From: Octopus bimaculoides
Lineage: Eukaryota
Length of the DNA: 64,000 nt
Reading direction: 5' to 3'
Assembly: GCF_001194135.2 (NCBI RefSeq)
Contig: NC_068981.1
Location: 50,745,126-50,809,125, forward strand
The number at the start of each line of letters is the position of its first letter. Within the stretch, counting starts at the first letter, position 1. The notes beneath the pieces were generated by a model. It was not told where the DNA came from and searched no databases. It saw only the letters and a list, made by a program, of their open reading frames with translations. This document shows positions 54,131 to 64,000 of this stretch, piece by piece. The translations under genes and the position numbers were made by a program.

Positions 54131-55078
54131 AACAAATGGTAAATGAGTATATGCATATATACGTACAGGTATGTGCATACCGACATCCACCTGTATGTAT
54201 AGGTGCATATCTGGGTACAGGACATTGCAAACAAAACGTAGACGAGAAAACATACAAGCCACATAGAGAACATTCTACTTCATCAGCTACCCACGTTTTA
54301 ACACCGGCGTTTCGAAGAGCTTGGGCAGGACGCATCGTTAAAACGGCTCATCCCATGGACCGCAGATTAAATTTGTATACGCAAATTAAATCTTGCCATG
54401 GAGGAATGTAGTGGCAGACAAAAAACAAGACAGGAAAACAAACAGAAAAGGCTTTATGGCCAGACGAGAAAAGTTATGTGTGTATGAACGCTGAGAGGCA
54501 CGAACTTGAAAGTAGGGACGAAGTGAGTTCGCGTGTTTGCTCGGCGATAGCCAAGAAAGAAAAGGATTATTGACCGGAAGCATGTGACCATGCCGGTGTA
54601 ANNNNNNNNNNNNNNNNNNNNNNNNNNNNNNNNNNNNNNNGGTAGAGGGAAAAACAAAGGGAGGAGGTAGAAGAATAGGTGAGCAACGAGAGGAAAAGAG
54701 AAAGAGAGGAAATACGAGGGGGAAAAAGAGATACGTAGTAGTAACAGAGGAAGAACGAGAGGGGTAAAGCGAGATACGTAGTAGTAAAGAGGAAGAACGA
54801 GAGAGGGAAAAAGATAGAGGAAGAGAAAGAGAAAGAAATAGAGTAGCGTCGGAAAATATGAAGTTACGAAAAACTACTTACAATTGGAGACGCTGCGTTC
54901 AATCATGTAAAAACAAATAGTAAATGAGTATATGCATATATACGTACAGGTATGTGCATACCGACATCCACCTGTATGTATAGGTGCATATCTGGGTACA
55001 GGACATTGCAAACAAAACGTAGACGAGAAAACACACAAGCCACATAGAGAACATTCTACTTCATCAGCTACCCACGTT
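54131..55078. mobile_element. non-coding unit bounded by 167-bp direct repeats (Penelope terminal-repeat / retrozyme-like)
   Basis: 54131-54297 and 54912-55078 differ at 2 positions; homologous to 39665-39865 and 42295-42730. Confidence 0.65.
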
Positions 55079-56052
55079 GGATTGATAGAAAGATGGATGG
55101 ATGTTGTATGTATTATGTAAATATGTATGTATGTGTATATATGTATATACATGTAAATATGAATACATACATATATAGAGATGTGCATAATTTTAGAAAA
55201 GGTCACCGATATTTGCGTCATTCGTAGAAGTTATTTACTGGGTGCTTATTCTGGTTCACTATTTTTCCATATGTCACACTTTTCGTCAGAGTATTTACTT
55301 ACATTGCTTCATGTATACATATCAATAAATACAACCATACACAAGTTCATAAAAATCGACTTTATTTATTTACTGTAACTATACGTGTTCCATTGTGTTG
55401 GTCTTTTTTCTTTTGTTGTTGTGTGATGCGTAAACGAATGTATGTTTGTGTTTGTATGTGAGATTTGGTGATGTGTTTGCAGAGAAATACTCACGGGAAA
55501 TATATCTTTCTTACAAAGAGATAAATGTGAAATGACATAAAACATTGTGTAGTCATCAGTAAAGAATAAGCTTTGGCAATTGCTAACGTATGCAACTACT
55601 ACGGTTAGTAATAGGGAAAAAATAATTACACTAATCAGTAGTAGTATTAGCGTATTAGAAACCATTATTAATATTATCAGTATTATCATGTCTTATTTGT
55701 AATGAGAAAATAAAGAAATAAAAATACATCATGATTATTCTTGTCAATATGTTGAATGCAGCAATTCATATTCGAAGCTGTCAAAACATTTTACAATGTA
55801 TAAATCAAATTAGATGGAATGAGATATTCCCCGTCAAAATGGTCATTGACAATGACTGTTAACACTCAATGAAACTCCCAAAGAAGAATCGCACAATCAG
55901 CTCACCCATTGAACAATAAACGATATGAAACATCCGTTGTAACTTAATTTCTGTTATCAGGTCGTTCGCACACACACACACATACACACACTCACACACA
56001 CGCACATGCACACACACACACACGTAAACATATATATATATATATATGTATA

Positions 56053-56215
56053 TAGGTGCAGGTGTGAGTGTGAGAAGAAACTTGCTTCCCGACCACATGG
56101 TTTCAGGTTCAGTCCCACTGCGTGGCACCTTTGGCAAGTATCTTCTACTGTCGCCTCGGGCCGCTCAAATCCTTGTGAGCAGATTTGGTAGACAGAAACT
56201 GAAAGGAACCCATCG

Positions 56216-56250
<35 letters not shown>

Positions 56251-56415
56251 ATGCGTGTGTGTGTATGTGTATGTGTGTGTATGGGGGGTGTCTGTTGGTT
56301 TGTCCCCATCATCGCTTGAAAACCGATGTTTGTATGTTTACGTCCCCATAACCTGGCGGTTCGACACAAGATACCGATAGAATACGTACTAGGCTTACAA
56401 TGAATAATTCCTGAG
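56053..56415 (+). mobile_element. full SINE with internal (TA)/(TG) microsatellite
   Basis: Head ACCACATGGTTTCAGGTTCAGTCCCACTGCGTGGCACC, internal repeat 56215-56282, tail GTCCCCATAACCTGGCGGTTCG...ACCGATAGAATA. Confidence 0.85.
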
Positions 56416-56921
56416 GTCATTTGACTGTAGCCAGCATGGTTACGTATCCTGCTGCCACATATATGGCCTTCCATCAGCAACCCTCTCCAACCTAAAGATT
56501 GAGCACAGTCTCCAGTAACTTCACATAGCCGTATGAATTGAATCAAAAGCCCTCTCCTGAAGTTGTTGAATGCAAATTCACACGAAACGTCTGCTGTGTC
56601 CATTCTGCTGACCACGGTTTGTAGTCTCTGTTACTACTGCCAACAACAGATCTTACAGCTTGTGCTGTGTTTACAGAGTATTCAGCAGCAACCATGATGT
56701 CGGCATTTTCATACATGTTCCAATAATCATAAAACAGGTAAATTCTTTCCAATGTTCAAATGACTTCCAGTTTGCCATGTCAACTTATCTTCTTCTCATC
56801 TACAATTTGAATGCTTATATTCTCCGATACTGTTGGCCGTTTACCAACGCATTGGGAAGCATAAACAGTTGTTCTTGAAAAAAGAGACATAAAATGTTTT
56901 ATATTTAGTACGGACACCCTG
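56415..56921 (-). mobile_element. internally deleted Tc1/mariner (maT/DD37D-like) transposon
   Basis: Terminus TA|CAGGGTGTCC at 56923-56912 on minus; remnants ENADIMVAAEYSVNT (N-terminal HTH) and FNSYGYVKLLETV..LERVADGRPYMWQQD (second catalytic Asp region); no second TIR seen; subfamily call from memory. Confidence 0.8.
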
Positions 56922-57974
56922 TACAACAGCGTCCGGAATCCACTCCTGATATTCAATATATTGTAGGTATGTTGCTTGGTTGCTGCTCTCAGTGTACAAA
57001 TGGAGTGAAACGTTTAAAACATTATGGACTAGTGCCACGCAACAAGAACTCCTACCCAGCCTCTAAATATATTCAATGTGTACGTGACGTTATTATGCGA
57101 ATAGACGCTGCGTATTGATGAATTGTCCAATAATTTGAAAAACGCGTTAGTGTTCAGCCTACGAAAATATCGAGAGTAAACACGTCGTTGTTTACCGTAA
57201 TAACAACTACAATTTAATGGAGTGTCCATGTTCAAACCAGTACTGAGTGACAAACAGCGCCCAGTGATATGCGAGAATATAATTTTCCCGAGGGAAAATA
57301 AAATATAAAATTTTATCAAATGATAAAATAATTATTTTCTGAAACATTCGTTTTGATGTCCGATATCGTTCCGACTACATTCTAAATTTTTTTCTCTCTT
57401 TTGAGACAGTGTACTATTTTTGAGTTGGTTTCTCCTGCTATTCTACTAGATCGACTTACTGCCTAGCGATTCCATATTTTATTCCAAAGGAGCATTTTTA
57501 TGCGAAAATATATGTATCACAATAAAGTATCCTGCGATGCTGTGGATTCCTAGTATCTGATATTATTTTCCATATTAAGCTTATGTTAATTTAAATCATT
57601 ATTATGTAGAATAAGTGTGTAAACAATTGTATATTCATTCCTTTTCTATGTTTAGGCACTCAGATTAAATTGTCTTCATTCACACACCTATCAAAATTAT
57701 TGCTCTATAATTCAATCGATCATTATAATTCAATATGTGAGCACTACATTTTCTTAATGCAATACAATCTCATTCCACAAAAATAAGTTATTTCGCTAAA
57801 TATAAACTTCATATAAGGGCAATCGAACGATGCATTTCACCGGCTTTCTTTCCAGATTTTGCATCCCATGACACAACACACAAACGACTTTGAGGATTTT
57901 GACTCCATCATAGAGTTGCGTATTAAATTGGACTCTACTTTCTTTACATATATTTTCTTATTTCTTTACTGCCC

Positions 57975-58115
57975 ACCACTGGTACTTATTTAATCGATCA
58001 CGAAAGGATGAAAGGCAAAGTCGACCTCCGTGGAATTTGAACTCAGAACGTAGCGGCAGACGAAATATCCCTAAGCATTTCGCCCGGCGTGCTAACGTTT
58101 CTTCCAGCACGCCGC
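57975..58115 (-). mobile_element. SINE (second family)
   Basis: Plus strand CTGGTACTTATTT...GAAAGGATGAAAGGCAAAGTCGACCTC.G.GGAATTTGAACTCAGAACGTAG...GCTAACG. Confidence 0.85.
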
Positions 58116-58304
58116 TTTATATATATATTTATATATATTTTCTATTCACTTCATCATTTCCGAAGAACAGTAATGAATTTTAATAATATTTCTGCTGGCA
58201 TTTCAATTTGTTTCCTGGCTCTAAGACTTTATGATTTAGGCATTATGGTGACATTATCATTTTGTTAGTATTATTTTTAAGCTGATTAGACTAAAATTTC
58301 TACA

Positions 58305-58305
<1 letters not shown>

Positions 58306-58378
<73 letters not shown>
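58306..58378. repeat. (TA)n microsatellite
   Basis: Directly visible. Confidence 0.95.
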
Positions 58379-58381
<3 letters not shown>

Positions 58382-59364
58382 GTATGTATGCATATATACA
58401 TATATTTCAGATATGCCATTATTTTTGCATTTCCATACCTGTATATCAAAAGTATTATCAGATTTCACAGGAAAATAAGTATTTTTCTGCTTTATGCAAG
58501 ATTTTACCTTTCCTAGTTCAATTTCTAAAGAAAAAATCCCAAATCATAAGCTGATTCTCACAATTTCAACAATGGAGATCATTTACATAACTGACTCGAT
58601 TTTCAATGAAATTTCTAATGACATTTATTCATGGTGAAACAGTATTAATACACCGAAATAGTTCGTCTCAGCTGATTTCAACAAATTGTCGATAAGTGTC
58701 TTCTACCAATTCGAGTATTATGATTACAATTTTTTCATTGTAGTATTGATGCAGTCTCCAAGAGATCTGTAAAATTTAAATGATTGCAAATTTATACAAC
58801 TGATTATTTATTAGTAAAATATTATTGGAAATCATTATTTATGTCTGCTCATTACATATTTTATGGTCATTATAGATCACTTGTAAATACATATGTATAT
58901 TAGCATTATTGTTGCCTAATCAATATATGATTAGAATATATACAGTTTCGCAGATCGATCGTATGTGTAGTTTCCTTTGGTTATCGACTGCATTATGTGT
59001 GTCAAATGAAAGTAATACAATAGAAAGTCAATACAAATATAGAACACATTTAAAAACTTAAATCACAAAACTGAATTACTCAAAGATGTCATTCGAATGT
59101 AAACAATATTGAATTTAATGTAGAAAACTCAAAAACGAAATTTAAACATAGGCAATGAGAAAAATACAACGGTAGCTCAATGATAAAGATAATTTAATAA
59201 CTTAGGCTATGCGCTCTCATTTCACCATATTGGCATCAAAACAGAGAGAAGATAATTTCTGATTTGAGAGGCACGATTTTGTAGGCATATCATAAGCAAA
59301 CGAAAAAAAAAATTAAATACTGAAATTACTTCTGTGATCATACTACATAATAGTTAATTCAGGT

Positions 59365-59640
59365 TTCCATCAGAGTTTCCCTCACCCCGAGTCATAGGCT
59401 CATAAGACCGTTTTCCCTGATTCTGTGGCATATATGCATCCCGCAACCCCACCCTGCACAGGATGCCGGTCCGTCACAGGATTACACATTTTTGCCACCT
59501 GGACAGACTCAAGCTACGTGAAATGAAACGTTTTACTCATGAACACAACGCATCACGTGGTCTTCCAATCGAAACCGCAACATTACTATCATGACTGTAA
59601 TATCTCTAACCAATCCCTAACCACTAAGTCACGTGCCTCT
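59365..59640 (-). mobile_element. tRNA-derived SINE, degraded
   Basis: Reverse strand AGGCACGTGACTTAGTGGTTAGG...GGTTTCGATT...GCGTTGTGTTCATGAG...TGTGACGGACCGGCATCCTGTGCAGGG. Confidence 0.7.
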
Positions 59641-59833
59641 GAAATTTAATGGTTAACAGATTTAATATATTCATCGTCAAACAACAACCTCATGTGATTA
59701 GTTTACACCTACTCGAATACAATGTTATATGCAACTAGTGACTGTCTCAGTGGTAAGGTCGGTATACTGTGTGACTCGTTGACGATGTTGCATAAGTACG
59801 AATCATGTCGGAAAATGACAAATCTTTTCGAGG

Positions 59834-60030
59834 ACAAAATATTGTATCATTAATTTAGTAAATTCTTTGTTTATCTAGATTTTGTTAGTATATTTAAATA
59901 GTTTCTAGCAAAAATATTGACCATTAATAACTTTAGGTTTCATAAATTATTTGTTTATCTAGTTTTTGTTAGCATATTTAAACGGTTTCTCACAAAAATA
60001 TTAACTATTAATAAATTTACGTTTATAAAA
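59834..60030. repeat. tandem duplication, period 84 bp, about 2.3 copies
   Basis: AAATT(C/A)TTTGTTTATCTAG(A/T)TTTTGTTAG(T/C)ATATTTAAA starts at 59860 and 59944. Confidence 0.9.
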
Positions 60031-61159
60031 CAACATCTATGAGTAATTTATTATTTGGATAATTGAACTTTTCTACGTTTACGAATGCCCCTTCTTGTAA
60101 ATATTCGTTGTTATACTCGCAGCCTTTTTTCGACAGGGACTTGAAGTATTAAAAAATTGGTGGCATGTCCCGAATTGGCAGTCAGATAATTCGCAAGATA
60201 AAATATCATTGAATCTCGTGAAAATAATGAAATTCAGTAGTGCTACAATGAATAACAATAGCAAAATAATATATTTGTAAATAAACATTATGTCATGTAC
60301 CCTGTGTAATCTTTATTAATTCTAAATGAACTTTATGTAACTGAAGTTGCATTTATTTAACGGTATCCTGTTATAATTCGACTATACTTCGATAGTTTTT
60401 TGCCTGTTCAGAATTTAACGATTTATGCATTTAGATAAGTAGAAAAATGTGATTTTGATCCGGGTCAAATTTAACACTGTCATATCTAATATACAAAATG
60501 AGCATTTTATTTGCAGCTGATGTAATCTTTATAAGTCTCTCTACGATATTTGTATAATTTTATACATCTCTCTACGACATTTGTACGCAGTATGTAAGAC
60601 TAGATTAGAAAAAGTTACCATTGAAACTAGTTCCAGGTTTATTGTACTGCTGTAATTTTTACATAAGCTCGGATTCTAACCTTTGTATATTATGTAAATA
60701 TATTTACATCTTCAATTTTCCTAATATCTATTGAGTAAGTTAATATTCCCATTTTCTCTCTCGTAATTTACACACCATACATACTCTAAAACTTAATATT
60801 TACTGTCATCCTCACCACAGCCTCAGTCATCAGATCTATTGGATGTATATAAGAAATATTTTTGTGTTTCCACGCCAGGTGAAGCATGTCATTAATTAGC
60901 AATTCAGAGCGATAATGCATATTTAACATATTTGAATATTTCATAATCTTTAAACTTGCAGGCTGTTGTTCCGACACAATATTTCGTACATCAATAGTGC
61001 ATCCACTAGTATTATTTTAAGCTATGTCATCTCATAAAAAGATGATGAGAAAAGGGAGGAAAATAAAATGATGATGATGATGACGGCGACGGCGACGACG
61101 ACGACAACGTTGGGGAAGACGACAACGTTGGAGAAGACGACAACTACGAAGATGACATT

Positions 61160-61310
61160 CTGATTTGATATCTTGCCGAGGCCAACATTACTTGTCGTCT
61201 TTTTGGAGTCGATGAAATATAATACAGTTAAATATTGGGGTCGTTGTCATTGACCTGCTTTCTCGTCTCAAAATTGCGGCCTTGAGCCAAAATCAGAAAG
61301 AATTACTTTC
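61160..61310 (+). mobile_element. SINE tail fragment (second family)
   Basis: GGAGTCGATGAAATATAATACAGTT....TGGGGTCG...CAAAATTGCGGCCTTG.GCCAAAAT. Confidence 0.5.
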
Positions 61311-62233
61311 AGGTTAACGTGGGTAGGGCAAAGTTTCACGCATTGAAACAGCCAGTCAGTTTTGTTTTGTTTTTTTGGGGCTTTTTGAGGGGGGGGTGTC
61401 ATGAGAGAATGAAACTTTATACATAAAAAATGTTCGTTGCATATATAATCTCTGTAAGAAAGTTATATATGAAAGGTGGACAATAATGTTACTGAATTTT
61501 GAACCTGTTTTCTTCAAATGCAGTTTATTGGACGCTTTTCGTCAAGTAAATGGTTTTTGCTGTATACTACACTGTGAGCAAATTCGTCTGTGGCGTAATT
61601 TTCGTTTAACTGAGCTGCGAGCGTTAATAGAATGATTGTATATTTAGAGAAGAATTATTTATCCTTGTGGTGATCGCAATTTCTTCAAACGATTCGTATT
61701 AGTAAAATGGGTGCTTAAAGCAACGACGCGAACGTCACACGTAACCATTTCAGAGAAATAAAATTACATCACTATATAATATCAACTGATTCGTCAGCCA
61801 AATGATAAAAGCTTGAAAGTCAACCTTATAAATCAGTTAAACGGTGACTATGTCATAAACGTGAGACCATCAAAGCTATGTTTGTATTACACAGACAGCT
61901 TTTGCAAAATTCCAAATATTTATTGATTCGATTTTATCTTTTCAGAATTATAATTTAACGTAAACTGCTATTGATCTTTATTTAAAGTTTGCATATAGGG
62001 AACTCTATACACCTGTTTTTAAATAGGCGTTGGTTTGTTTCGCACTTCAACCAGTTCAGGTTGATTTTGGTTTCCATCACGTTGTTGTTGTCTGTATAAA
62101 TCGCAATTAAAATATGAATCTTATATGAATATATAACTCTGAAATTAATCCCAATGTCATCTAAACAAGTGCAAATTTTAAAAGTTCTACCTACTAGATC
62201 ACTGAAATTAAAATGCTTAGAAATTCAGTATTT

Positions 62234-62266
<33 letters not shown>

Positions 62267-63455
62267 GTAGTTCGGAGGATGTACAGCAACAATTAGTATT
62301 TATCGACTACTGAATAGGAGTTCGACGTATTTTCAATTCAGGTAGTTCGACTTTTGTATTATATATTCATCATTCCAAATTATTAAAGTGATTTAGGAAA
62401 ATTCGTTAATGTATCATAGTGGCTATATGTATGTAAGTAAATATTACTCTTATGTAAAAGCAAATGCAAAATTGACTATATTCAATTTACGGCTTTTGAT
62501 CATTCCTTTTGCAGACAAGATAATGCACATGGTTCCGCACATTAGATTTCTGTAAATATTAAACATTTATTTAATCTAATGGTATAGATCTAGAGATACT
62601 TAAGGATCCATATCATTATAAGAATAAAATCAATAGATTTGTTACGGCCTCTAAAAGGGACAACTACTTGTTAAATTGTATATAGACAGTACAAATATCT
62701 GTAATTATACAAATCCTATTTAATAAAAACCGCAAATTTCAGTTACTAATGTTGGGATTAACGAAGTAGCAACTGTTACTATGCACTTCAGCCATTTGTG
62801 TTTCTTACTTTGCGAAGTTTGCTTTTATTTCCATTTTCAATGTTGGTGAGATTTCTATCTGTACACATAAATCAGGTAATGTATTGTGAGATATTAAATA
62901 ATTTCCTTTATTGTCAAACTACATACTGACGTATACGTATATTTCTGTTTAACTCTCTCCCTCTTTCTCTCAAACTCTCTCTCTCTCCCTCTCTTTTTCT
63001 TTCTCTCTCTCTCTTTCTGTATATGTATGTTATATAGATATATAACCATGTTCTCTAATCGGAAAGCTTCGATGCAGAAATTTATTTTCTGCTGAGTCAC
63101 TCCCGGCTTCGGCGCGCCAAAACGAAGACATTTGAAATATACCCCTAAATATAATTTATAGAACTGTATGCATGTTCTCTGTTGGGAGGACGTCTCGTGT
63201 ATAGTTCTGCAGATTATATTTTCTATGACGCTCACACTGAGGACTTGCAGACATTTACGTATGTAAATGGTAACAATGAGACCATGGTATGTGACTAATC
63301 ATTATATTTTGTATCTTTTCATTTGTCTTGCTAGCGTTACGTTCTGGCATTTTGCAGAATTTTCTTGAGAACATGTTTTCTTAGTGGTCAGATCATATGG
63401 GGTTTACATTTAGCATATTAGGAGTCCACCTAGTGGTTTTTCCTCTTATATGTAC

Positions 63456-63522
<67 letters not shown>

Positions 63523-63645
63523 ATATTTGTATCAAGAATTGAAATTTTACAGTGTATATGCAAGGTTTATTTAAATTTAGAGAAAGGCGCGCATACACAC
63601 ACTCACACGGACACACGCACTCATGTACACACACAAACACACACA

Positions 63646-63754
<109 letters not shown>

Positions 63755-63792
63755 GTTAATTCTCTAAATGAGGTATTAACAGTAACTGCACG

Positions 63793-63987
63793 ATAAAGTG
63801 AAGTATATTGCCACTTAAATGTGCTACAGATCACGATGAGAGGAATAACTTCCCTTGGCAAAGCAAACAGGACACAGACGTGTGTCGATAAGCCAGCTGG
63901 AGGAGATGTTCTCCTGGGGCTAAAAGCAACAGTAACATCCACCCCTAGGGGTCAGCCACATTTAAGTGGCAATATACTTCACTTTAT
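63793..63987. mobile_element. MITE-like element with perfect 31-bp terminal inverted repeats
   Basis: ATAAAGTGAAGTATATTGCCACTTAAATGTG (63793-63823) is the exact reverse complement of 63957-63987. Confidence 0.75.
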
Positions 63988-64000
63988 ATACATATTTCAT

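Noticed and set aside
56841-57319. Chain of minus ORFs suggesting a host gene
   Set aside because: The part below 56921 is explained by the mariner relic; the remainder has no recognisable motif or clear splice structure

Overview
AT-rich, microsatellite-saturated eukaryotic (animal) DNA from a gapped assembly whose N-runs sit almost always inside simple repeats. The SINE families, TTAGGG-type repeats and repeat density look like a coleoid cephalopod, most likely Octopus (recognition from memory, not a database result). I can support no intact protein-coding gene; most ORF-track entries are translated microsatellites. The window is a transposon graveyard. It holds a decayed Helitron Rep region (13.2-15.3 kb), five R4/Dong-like non-LTR fragments, three Penelope-like (RT/GIY-YIG) fragments with associated terminal-repeat-like sequences, and CR1/L2-type endonuclease and RT relics. 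It also holds an RTE RT relic, an internally deleted Tc1/mariner (maT-like) copy and about 20 tRNA-derived SINE pieces. The most interesting items are (1) a minimal type-I hammerhead ribozyme motif at 28452-28493; (2) a long-TIR foldback element carrying a TTAGGG array at 35945-36837; (3) a 167-bp near-identical direct-repeat unit at 54131-55078, Penelope/retrozyme-like, with hammerhead core words in permuted order; (4) an inverted local copy flanked by a 20-bp duplication at 5921-6169; (5) a perfect-TIR MITE at 63793-63987. Boundaries of decayed elements are approximate (tens of bp).
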